This document shows positions 53,656 through 64,000 of a stretch of 64,000 nt of DNA, piece by piece; within the stretch, counting starts at the first letter, position 1, and every line of letters starts with the position of its first letter. Under the pieces are notes generated by a model. The model saw nothing but the letters and a program-made list of their open reading frames with translations. It had not been told where the DNA came from and made no database searches. The translations under genes and the position numbers were made by a program. The stretch comes from Paraspadella gotoi (lineage: Eukaryota; Animalia; Chaetognatha). The stretch lies in NCBI GenBank assembly GCA_051294375.1, contig CM119270.1, positions 22,067,897 through 22,131,896 of the forward strand, written 5' to 3'.

Positions 53656-54223
53656 GGCGTAGTAAAATTTTTAAATTTAACTTTAATTAAAATTCTAAAA
53701 GTGAGGACGACAACATTATACTAATGAACATTTATGTAATAAAAAATTCATAATAAATTTTACAATTTACGCAGTAGGCCATATTTATACTAGTACTAAA
53801 CCAATAAATGTTAAAATTTCAAAACAGTTTTTTTAAGATTTTTTTTGCAGATTTGGATTTGCCATAAAAAGTTTATAAAAAGAAATATAACTCTTTTTGA
53901 AAAAATTCCTTCATTAAGTGGGTCAAAAATTAGAAAAGGCTATATTTTAAGCTGAAAATTAACTTTTATATATTAAATATAGTTTTTTTTAATTTTTAAC
54001 CCACTTATTGAAAGAATTTTTAAAATGATTTATATTTTTTCTTTTATCAACTTTTGACGAGGAATTCAAATCTGCAATCAAAATTAAGAAAAGCCTATTT
54101 TAAAATTTTTCGATTTTATAAGGATAGTACTATAATATAAATATAGCCTACTGCAAAAATTCACTGATGGCATGTTGTTCATAATTAACTTTTAGAATTT
54201 TTGTATGTAACTTTCACTACGCC
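53656..54223. mobile_element. TTAA-flanked MITE (Kolobok-like termini)
   Basis: ttaa|GGCGTAGTAAAA ... TTTCACTACGCC|ttaa. Duplicate at 58453-59025; related partial copy at about 38250-38615. Confidence 0.7.
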
Positions 54224-54401
54224 TTAATGTTTATGTTTATATTCATGTTTGTGTTATGTTTATGTAAGTAAGTAAGTAAGTAAGCAGCTAAATAAAGTAA
54301 ATAATAAATAAAATGAACTGTTACTATACTATCTAGGAAAAATATATATAACATAATTCATTTATTCAAAAAAAAGTATACAAAACATGGGTAAAACATT
54401 C

Positions 54402-54580
54402 TCAATATTTGGTATACCCTTCCTCGGCATCGACTACTGCCTGCATTCGTCTGGGCATGCTCTCATACAGCAAATTGAGGTATGACAGTGAAATGTTTTT
54501 CCACATCTTTAACGCAATTCTTTTCAGACCCGATGTTGGTGTGCATGTCTTTCCCACTTTTCTAAAAGATATAATAGCAC
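54402..54580 (-). mobile_element. Tc1/mariner transposase C-terminal remnant
   Basis: MWKNISLSYLNLLYESMPRRMQAVVDAE.GYTKY* matches the Tc1 terminal SMPRRxxAVIxAKGGxTKY motif. Duplicate at about 59205-59400. Confidence 0.8.
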
Positions 54581-54792
54581 TTTTTTAAACCAAAAGGAGG
54601 TGCAAGGCCTTTTTAGCATTGCCAAATTAAAAAAAAATATCTAACTACATTTGAAATAAAGCAAATAACTAAATACAAAAATGGAGGAAAACTAAATATG
54701 ATTTTTTTCGCGATTTGACCTACAAAAAAATGGAAGGAAGCTACTGAAATATTGTTTCAGTACTACGATATGTCTGTGACTTTCGTTTTAAA

Positions 54793-55052
54793 GATGTAGT
54801 CGAGCATTGCCTAGGTTCACCCCGCCTATAAGCATGCCACTTTCAGTTGTGACCCGGTGGCTCATTGACCACTAGGTACTGGGTTCAATCCCAACTCGGT
54901 ACCTACCCTGCGGGAAGAGTGAGGACAGCCGTAAGCCGCCTTGGGGGCATGGCAAACCCTCAAGCCTGGTTCCAAGCCCAGGACTCCGTTCCATGTCTGC
55001 TAGAGGAGGTTATAGAAGTTACGGATAGTCATCTTCTGCCCACTTAGCGCCT
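54793..55052 (+). mobile_element. tRNA-derived SINE, family A, copy 3
   Basis: A-box-like GGTGGCTCATTG, B-box GGGTTCAATCCC and shared body. Head also present alone at 33716-33758. Confidence 0.75.
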
Positions 55053-55448
55053 TTTCCACAAAGATATGTACAATGTTATAATGTTACAATTATTTTACAG
55101 TAATTGTGTCTCAGTACTACGATATGTACCAACTAATTTCGTAAGATCTTTGGCTGGCATAGATGGAAAAGCGTCAGAAACCTTAGATAATGTTTTTAGT
55201 TAATCTTTATAATATTTTCAAATTAGCCAAGAAGGATTCACGAAACGATTATTTTTGACAAAAATTAAGTTTTGTCTTATTTCTAGGGTTCCGATAACCG
55301 TTAATTTTTGAGAAATTTCGCTTAACCGTTAAAACTAATATTTTTTAACGGTTAACCGTTTAAAATCGGTTAATTTTATAATTTAACTTTTAGAGAGGAA
55401 AACAATTTATTTGTTTTGTTTCAACGAATTTTTTAGGACATTTTTTTG

Positions 55449-55484
55449 GACATGTTTCGACTCTACAATTAGAGTCTTCATCAG
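55449..55484 (-). ncRNA. Minimal type I hammerhead ribozyme (intact core)
   Basis: Reverse complement CTGATGA-A-GACTCT-aattgt-AGAGTC-GAAAC-AT-GTC: conserved boxes, 6-bp stem II, palindromic stem III (ACAUGU), GUC cleavage triplet. Confidence 0.8.
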
Positions 55485-55509
55485 CAATGCTGCAATGATG
55501 CTGCTAAGG

Positions 55510-55544
55510 CTGATGAAGACTCTAATTGTAAGTTGAAACATGTC
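55510..55544 (+). ncRNA. Minimal type I hammerhead ribozyme (stem II weakened)
   Basis: CTGATGA-A-GACTCT-aattgt-AAGTT-GAAAC-AT-GTC. Confidence 0.7.
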
Positions 55545-58452
55545 TGAAAAAATATCCTAAAAATTCGTTGAAACAAAACAAATAAATTGTTTTTCCTCTC
55601 TAAATTCGAAAACACAACAAAATCGAAAGTCTATACACAATATATAATTTAACTTTAAATTTAAATTATGATTATTTAAATCAAAACAAAGCATTTAATG
55701 ATATTTCATCTTTAACCCTTACTCCTGAATCTTTTTTATCTTCTATTTCAGATAGATAGGTAAACATTTTAGTTAGTTAGTAAATGAAAAATGGTTTGAG
55801 CAAACTATTTTGAATCTAGCTATGATAATTTAGCTAATCAGATAATGCATCGTTGGATAAAATCTTACTTACAAAACCTTTTCGTTTTTCCTTTCATAGG
55901 CATAATAAAAATATATAAAAGGACAAAGAAAGAAAAACCACAATGTAATTCTAATTCTATGTTTTTTTCTTCTCTCTTCTCTTTTCGTTTGCGTTATATC
56001 TCTTCATTATTTTTACTAATTGTTGTTTCTTGAACGCTTTTTTTTTGTTTTTATTTTTTCAAAGCCATAACCATAAATATAATTAATGAATATTAATTTT
56101 TTGAATTGTTTGATTGGATCCCCGATTGATCCAAAGATTTTATTGGGATTATTAAATATTTTTTCTGTTTTATTAAAAAAGTATTCATGTTGAGGGATAG
56201 TAGTTTAGGCCTTAATGTCTATTTTAAGATTAGTTCGCTTCTATTTATTAATTTTTTTATACATTTATTTTTATTTAGTTTTTTTTTTAATATTTTTTTC
56301 ATTCATTGTTGGTTTATTTTGAAGATTTTGCTTCTTTGTTTTTTTAAGAGTAATAAAAATTATAGCAAAATAGGCAATACTTTCTTATTTTAAATTTATG
56401 TTGCAAGAAAAATGTATTGCAACTATTTGCATGTGCAATATATATTATATTTTCATTATATCTTTTGATGTGAAATGCTAGAAATTAATTGAAAGGAAAA
56501 ACGAAAAAAATTGGTGTGAGAAAATAACGTAAGAAAAAGAGAAAAAAAACACTGGGAAGGGAAGAAAAAAATGAACAAGAGTGAAAGAAAAGGGAATAAA
56601 TAAGGGGGGCAAAAGAGAAAGAAAAAGAAGGTATCAGAAGGAGATTAGTATAAAGAAGAAAGTAGATTAATAAGCCCGGTTGAAATAACAAAGGAAATAA
56701 ATGAAAGAAAAATTATGGAAATGTAGAGAGAGCGTGAAAGCAAATATTATGGAGAAATTAGGGAGAGGAGAATAATGACGAGGACAAGAAAAAACTTACT
56801 TTTCTCTTTAAAAAATCAAGATTTTACAAAAAAAAAATAAAAAAATCATATTAAAAACATTAACTAATTTAACCGTTAAATAAATATATTAACGGTTAGG
56901 TTAAAATTTTTTTTAACGTTAATCACCGTTAACTGTTAACGTTATCGGTAACCTTCTACTTATTTCTATGAATATATCGATAATGATCTCGTTGCTTAGT
57001 TTTTCTTTCACGTTAACCCTTAATTCTATTTTTTATTTTTTGGTTTTATTTTGTTGCTGACGTTTTTNNNNNNNNNNNNNNNNNNNNNNNNNATGGTTTC
57101 TGCGCCTGCCTACTGTGCTTATAGAGGATGCAAAAGAAGAATTAGCAATTCTGCTGTATAATAACTTGATCTTAATTCTATTAATTACTCTTCACATGTT
57201 CCATAGCATTAAGTTTCTGTTGTACCTTTTCTTCTTATATCTGCGTCAATTTGAATTATAGTTATAAGACAACAATTAATACAATGTTAATTTCCTTAAT
57301 AATAACAAACTTTTTATCTCCACGGCTTAAACTGTTTCTGTTGTTATTCACGATAATATTACATCTGGAATACGCCGCCTCTCATAGTAATCCCAATGAG
57401 TGAGACAAACAAGAAGGTGGGGGTGTACGGTACTAGACAAGCTCGCACTAAATGTGCGATTAACACAACGCGAGCCAGACGGTGGAGCGCATTGAGTATA
57501 ACGACTGCGTGTCGATAGACATGTTGTGCTGAAGTGAAAGAGCATCGTGTGAGGGTGATGAGCGTGACGGATGGCAAAAGACGAGAGCAGGGAGAGGCCC
57601 TACAGCAGCGGGACATGGGAAATGATTAGCCAACGGAAGAAGGATCCGAGGGTGAAGTAGAGGAGAGGAGGGGGAGGAGAGGTAGGAGAAGGAGGGAGGA
57701 GAGGGAAGAGGGTGAGGAGAGGAGGAGAGGGAGGAGGAAGAAGAGGAAGAGTAGGAAACAGGAAGGGAAGAAAGAGAAGAAGGAGGAGTGGGAGAAGAGG
57801 GGAGGAGGGAGTGGGAGAGGTAGGGGGGGAGGAGGAGAGGAGGAGAAGGAGGAAGAAGAGGGTTAGAAGAGGGAGGGGAGAAGGAAGAGAGGAGGAGAGG
57901 GGGAAGATGAGGAGGGGAGAAGGAGGGGGAGGAGCAGGAGGAGATGGAGGAGAGGGAGTGAGGAGGAAGAAGAGGGAGGAGAGAAAGTAGGAGGGGGGAA
58001 GAAACAGAGGGGGAGTGGGAGAAGTAGGAAAAGAGGAGGAAGGAGAAGGAGGGGGAGAAGAGGAGAAGGGATGAACCCGCTGAGATCGTTTTTTCTCGGA
58101 GGAAACCGCGTAGAAGATTTTTCGCGGGATTTTTGATTTCTTTGCAACATGAAACGGGAGGCGGGGGGGGGGAAAATGACGACGACGGACGACGACGACG
58201 ACGACGATGACGCCTGACGCTGGACAAAAATCGCCCAGGAATGAGATACTTGGGAGAGAAGAGGGAGGGAGAGAAGAGGGAGAAAAAGAGAGAGAGGGAG
58301 GGAGGAAAGGAGATATCGTGGGCAGATCTGACATTGTTTGCTCAAACTTGTTATCTTTATATCTTTCCTTTCTCTTTTTATTTCTTATCAAGTTGGTACA
58401 ACCAATAAAAAAATTATCTGTTAAAGTTTGTGTTTGTAATTATGTTTATTAA

Positions 58453-59025
58453 GGCGTAGTAAAATTTTTAAATTTAACTTTAATTAAAATTCTAAAAGTG
58501 AGGAACGAACAACATTATACTAATGAACATTTATGTAATAAAAAAATTCATAATAAATTTTACAATTTATGCAGTAGGCCATATTTATACTAGTACTAAA
58601 CCAATAAATGTTAAAATTTCAAAACAGTTTTTTCTAAGATTTTTTTGCAGATTTGGATTTGCCATAAAAAGTTGATAAAAAGATATATAACTCTTTTTAA
58701 AAAATTCCTTCATTAAGGGTGTCATAAAATTAGAAAAGGCTATATTTTAAGCTGAAAATTAACTTTTATATATTAAATATAGTTTTTTTTTTAATTTTTA
58801 ACCCACTTATTGAAAGAATTTTAAAAATGATTTATATTTTTTCTTTTATCAACTTTTGACGAGGAATTCAAATCTGCAATCAAAATTAAGAAAAGCCTAT
58901 TTTAAAATTTTTCGATTTTATAAGAGATAGTACTATATATAAATATAGCCTACTGCAAAAATTCACTGATGGCATGTTGTTCATAATTAACTTTTAGAAT
59001 TTTTGTATGTAACTTTCACTACGCC
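58453..59025. mobile_element. TTAA-flanked MITE, duplicate of 53656-54223
   Basis: Same TIRs, TTAA and flanking sequence. Confidence 0.7.
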
Positions 59026-59595
59026 TTAATGTTTATGTTTATATTCATTGTTGTTGTTATGGTTTAGTAAGTAGTAAGTAAGTAAGCCAGCTAAATAAAG
59101 TAAATAAAATCAATAAAATGAACTGTTACTATACTATCTAGGAAAAAAATATATAACATAATTCATTTATTCAAAAAAAGTATACAAACATGGGTCTAAA
59201 CACTCTCAATATTTGTATACCTCCTCGGCATGACTACTGCCTGCATTCGTCTGGGCATGCTCTCATACAGCAAATTGAGGTATGACAGTGAAATGTTTTT
59301 CCACATCTTTACAATTCTTTTCAGACGCCGATGTTGGTGTTGCATGTCTTTCCCACTTTCTAAAAGATATAATAGCACTTTTTTAAACCAAAAGAGGTGC
59401 AAGGCCTTTTTAGCATTGCCAAATTAAAAAAAAATATCTAACCTACATTTGAAATTAAAAACAAAATACTACTAATACCAAAAATGGAGGAAAACTAAAT
59501 ATGAATTTTTTCGCGATTTGACCTACAAAAAAATGGAAGGATAGCTACTGAATACTGTCTCAGTACTACGATATGTCTGTGACTTTCGTTTTAAA

Positions 59596-59860
59596 GATGT
59601 AGTCGAGCATTGCTACGGTTCTCACCCGCCTAGTAAAGCATGGCATTCAGTTGTGACCCGGTGGCTCATTGAACACTAGGTATACCGGGTTCAATCCCAA
59701 CTCGGTACCTACCCTGGCGGGAAGAGTGAGGACAGCCGTAAGCCCCCTTGGGGCGTGGCAAACCTCAAAGCCTGGTTCCAAGCCCAAGCTCCGTTCCATG
59801 TCTGCTAGAGGGAGTTATAGAAGTTACGGATAGTCATCTCTTCTGCCCACTTAGCGCCTT
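59596..59860 (+). mobile_element. tRNA-derived SINE, family A, duplicate of 54793-55052
   Basis: Same sequence and flanks with scattered indels. Confidence 0.75.
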
Positions 59861-60835
59861 GTTCCACAAAGATATCTACAATGTTATAATGTTACAATTA
59901 TTTTACACAGTAATTGTGTTCTCAGTACTACGATACTGTACCAACTAATTTCGTAAGATCTTTGGCTGGCATAGATGGAAAAGCGTCAGAAACCTTAAGT
60001 AATGTTTTAGTTAATCTTTCTTTCATTACCGGGTACATTATTTTCAAATTAGGCACAGAAGAGGATCACGAACACGATTATTTTTGAGCACAACAAAATT
60101 ATCAAGTATTCTGGTCTGAATCAATCATATTTCTTATGAAAATATCGAAATGATCTCGTTGCTTAGTTTTCTTTCACGTTAACCTCTTAATTCTATTTTT
60201 ATTTGTTTGTTTTATTTTGTTGCTGATGTTTTCTACTGTAACATTCTTGATATGAAATAAAATTCTCATTAATGTAATAATATCATTGCAATAATAATTA
60301 AAGACTTTATTAAAGGTTAACGATTATCTCCTTTCTTGGTTTTTTTTGATGGAAACATACTGAATACAAAAATGCTGTTTTTTTTATGTAGGGGAAGTGG
60401 GAGGAAAATGAATTTTTTTAAACGTGAAAAAAATTGAACACATAGTCTCTTTTTCTTTATTATGAATTAATTCGGAGAAACAGACGCTTTTTAAATATTT
60501 AATTACATCATTTAACTTGAATCTGAATTTCAGAAAATTGTTCTTTTGATCAGTATGTATTTCAGAGTCCAAAGGAGGCCGCTCTTTATCTAGAATCAAG
60601 AAAAAAAAAACAAAAGGCTATTCGGATTGAATAACGTTCACTGCAAAACACAATAAAATATAACAAAAAAGTAAATTTTAAAATTTATGCTTTATTATAG
60701 GATATATTCTAATCCATCATCAATCAACATTCATATCAACTTCTCTATGAAGAGAGAGTGGAATATGGAATTTGTGTCGATTATAAAAGCTTCTTTCATT
60801 AAATAATAGCGTCAATATTTAACAAGAACTGTTAC

Positions 60836-60895
60836 AACCAGGGATTGAACCCGTAAATCAACTTTAAGAAAAGATGAATTACCTCGCTAAGCCAC
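60836..60895 (-). mobile_element. tRNA-like (A-box/B-box) SINE head remnant
   Basis: Reverse complement GTGGCTTAGCGAGG...GGGTTCAATCCC. No cloverleaf. Confidence 0.4.
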
Positions 60896-61201
60896 TGATC
60901 AACGCAAAATTATATATATTCAAAGAAAATTATTATATTAGTTTATAAAGTTTATAAAATTCCATTCGGTTGACAAAAGCGCAGATAGTGTTTAAATTTT
61001 TTTTCACTAATGGAGATGTACATTAAATACTTCCAACAGGGTTATATTAAAAAGGTTATATTTTCATTCATTAATAATTATTTATCTTTTAGAGAGAAAG
61101 AGAGAGAGAGAGAGGGAGAGAGAGATGGATTTTGGATTCCATTAAATAATGAGATTTTTTGACTTTTTGACTTCACAAAGTTTGTGTCATAAATTACAAG
61201 G

Positions 61202-61256
<55 letters not shown>

Positions 61257-61362
61257 CGGCTTCTCTACTTCAGCCCCATAGATTTTCTATCGTTAACGTC
61301 ACATTTTATCCAATTTTTACGTTCGATGCGACGTCACGAGACGGGGTCGTCGTCGTCATTGT

Positions 61363-61396
<34 letters not shown>

Positions 61397-61869
61397 TTCT
61401 CGTAAAAATCATTCCCCATTGGAATCCTTGAAAAATTTATAGCGACTCTGTGGACTGACGTTGGAACTCTAAGATTATTAATCATTGCGTCTCGAGTTCA
61501 ATTCTGGTCGAGGAAATCAAAAGCTTGATATTTAAAATTAAGGCTTTTTACATAAGTGTGTATTTAGCCATAAAGGTTTGTTTTGACTTTTATTCCTAAA
61601 AACCATAAAAATAATATTTATTACCTAAAATACTTATGTTTACTCTATAAATAGACCTCCAATACATTAAAGCAACTAAAGAACCCAATTAATGTATAAT
61701 TTTTCATCCTAGTCAAGCACTCATCGACCCCACCCCACTAAGCAAGCACCACCAATCATTGGTCTCTTTTGTTCCATTTCCTTTGCAACCAAAGAAGAAA
61801 ATCTCGACTTCATGAAAAAAAGAGGAAATCGTAAAAACGTCAGTCGTTTATATCGAAGGAGACTGAGTC

Positions 61870-61909
<40 letters not shown>

Positions 61910-61972
61910 TCTCTCTCTCTCTGTGTGTGTCTCTCTATATGTCTGTCTCCCTACTTCTCTCTGAGCCGCTAT

Positions 61973-62052
<80 letters not shown>

Positions 62053-62100
62053 TTTTTTGATTATTTACCCCGTGTCAGTCGCGAATGACACCAAAAAAAT

Positions 62101-63056
62101 ATTTACTATATTTTAAATATTTAATAAATATAATTTATAAGTATATCATAAGATGCAGAACTTCTCCATGTTTTTTTTGTATGGGTTTCATTTCGTATTT
62201 AATTAATTTATAATTCTTTGTTTAATTTTTTATCTAACACAGTAAAATTGGCGAAAAAAAACCATTTTAGGCGTGTTCTTGATTGAATTTTTAAAAAAAT
62301 TTACATCATAAGAAATCCATATTATTGTTTTAATCAATGGCGTATCTGAATTATCGTAATGTTGAGTAATTTTTTAGTAATAATTTTTTAATTTATTTTT
62401 TAATTGTAAATCCTAAGTAATCTTTATACAAATCATACCCTTTGTCCGTTCGCGAGTGACACCAAAAAATTGCGTACCATTTATATTTTTATATAATATT
62501 TTTATAATCTTCTTTTCTCAATCTATAGTAAAGTACTGGATGTTTATTATATATTATTTTTATAAGATTAATTTGATATTTACTTATGTAAAACAAACTT
62601 TCTTTAATGGTCATCCAATTTGTTCTTCTGTAAAAAACTAAATTAAAAAAAAATCATTATAAATTAATTACTCATTAATTACTTGAAATTATTAAAATAT
62701 ATTTGCACCATTAAATTAGGAATTATCTGGGAATCCTTACAATATAAAAAAATAATTCAAGACACTCAAGAATATGCTCAGGACAGCATTTTTTTTAATT
62801 GGCAAATTGTATAAAGAAAACTTAAGTTTTGCAATTAAAAAAATAAATAAAAAATCTTTACTCAGAAATTACTTAATATTACGATATTTCAAAAACGCCA
62901 TTGATTAGACCATTAATAGGGATTTATTTTTAAAAATTCAATCAAAAACAAGTCTAAAATAGTTTTTTTCGTCAATTTTACTATGTTAGATAAAAAAAAT
63001 TAACTAACGATATACTTTTAAATTATATTTATTAAATATTTAAAGTATAGTAAATA
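62101..63056. mobile_element. Foldback/MITE-like element with long imperfect inverted arms
   Basis: 62102-62147 pairs with 63010-63056, 62222-62300 with 62925-63003, and 62330-62420 with 62815-62910. Confidence 0.7.
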
Positions 63057-63357
63057 TAGTGTATAATTTTCATAAAATTAAACCATTTAACAATCAACTT
63101 GCCCTATATATGATATTACTAACTTTCCCTCTCATGTTTTGATATACAAACACTCCCTCTCTCTAATAGCCACACATATCAACACCTCCTCACCTTTTTT
63201 TACATCCATCCACACAGAAATTTCACTTCCTAGTTTTGTGTGTGGTTGAAATTTCAAAATCTTCGTTTCTCGATCGCTAATGTTTTTCTGACAACGAAAA
63301 CTTTCACTCATCAAAAAAAATCACGATGAAAACGAGGAACTCTATTTTTCTCTCTCT

Positions 63358-63430
<73 letters not shown>

Positions 63431-63492
63431 CACTGAGAGAGAAACTTTTTCGTAGTAATCTTATTTACGAGTTGAAATATCGGTTTCCAGCT

Positions 63493-63880
63493 TGTCACCC
63501 TTTATGTCATCTAAAATGTCACTCTTGATGTCATCTAAAATGTCACCCTTGATGTCATCTAAAATGTCACCCTTGATGTCATCTAAAATGTCACCCTTGA
63601 TGTCATCTAAAATGTCACGCCTTATGACATCTGAATGTCACCCATTATGACATCTAATCATCCATTATGTCAACTAAAATGTCACCCCCTTATGTCAACT
63701 AAAACATTTTCCCTTATGTCATCTAAAAGTCACCTCTGATGACAAATGAAATGTCACCCATTATGACATCTATATTTTCAACTAAAATGTCACCCTTATG
63801 TCATCTAAAATGTCACCCTTTATTTCAACTAAAATGTTACCACTTATGTGATCCAAAATGTCATCTCTGATGACATCTAA
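63493..63880. repeat. 24-bp minisatellite (tgtcacccttgatgtcatctaaaa)
   Basis: About 15 degenerate units. Confidence 0.92.
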
Positions 63881-64000
63881 GTTTTCATTTCATCATTTCT
63901 CATTTTTATCTAAGGAAATATTTTTTACTTGACGAATTGGGCTATTCTTCTATTGTGCTGAGTACATGAATTTTATTTCACGTTAAATGAGCTTTTGATA

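Larger units (their letters stand above)
55391..55642. mobile_element. Solo Penelope-like pLTR insert with inverted 5' duplication
   Basis: Palindrome 55391-55602 flanked by a 14-bp direct repeat tataatttaacttt (55377-55390, 55643-55656). Confidence 0.75.
55284..56958. mobile_element. hAT-type non-autonomous DNA transposon (1675 bp)
   Basis: TIR-like ends tagggttccgataaccgttaa / ttaacgttatcggtaaccttcta; 8-bp TSD cttatttc (55276-55283, 56959-56966); clustered subterminal aaccgtt/aacggtt motifs; absent from the duplicated copy at about 60125. Confidence 0.85.
52020..60230. repeat. Tandem duplication (about 52020-57067 vs 57095-60230) across a 25-N gap
   Basis: 53255-55275 aligns with 58070-60100, and 56967-57065 with 60135-60230. 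The start of copy 2 is very noisy. Confidence 0.9.

Noticed and set aside
54805-54835. Minus-strand similarity to 7SL RNA (ggggtgaacc)
   Set aside because: Only about 10 nt; no other SRP features.

Overview
AT-rich eukaryotic (most likely invertebrate animal) scaffold dominated by microsatellites, minisatellites and transposon remnants. Almost all ORFs in the track are translations of (GA)n/(CT)n or trinucleotide repeats. There is no prokaryotic operon, CRISPR array or rRNA. Recognisable content: (1) an intron-containing alpha-tubulin pseudogene (24827-28504, +) broken at its GGGTGSG motif by a hammerhead-ribozyme-bearing Penelope-like terminal fragment; (2) a decayed Penelope-like retroelement (RT + GIY-YIG, 20532-22323); (3) a 1.68-kb hAT-type non-autonomous element (8-bp TSD) carrying a nested 252-bp palindromic insert with two back-to-back minimal hammerhead ribozymes; (4) 3' halves of tRNA-Leu with genomically encoded CCA (an 8-copy 59-bp array and a solo copy), each near an ATTGGTCG-N15-CGACCAAT dyad; (5) tRNA-derived SINEs, HINE/DINE-1-like elements, TTAA-flanked MITEs and a Tc1 remnant; (6) a candidate orphan membrane-protein gene (48418-49888, -) with a duplicated TM exon. 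Two large duplications (inverted about 38.7-51.4 kb; tandem about 52.0-60.2 kb) each contain a 25-N gap and one indel-rich copy, and are probably long-read gap-filling artefacts or uncollapsed haplotypes. All alignments were done by eye.
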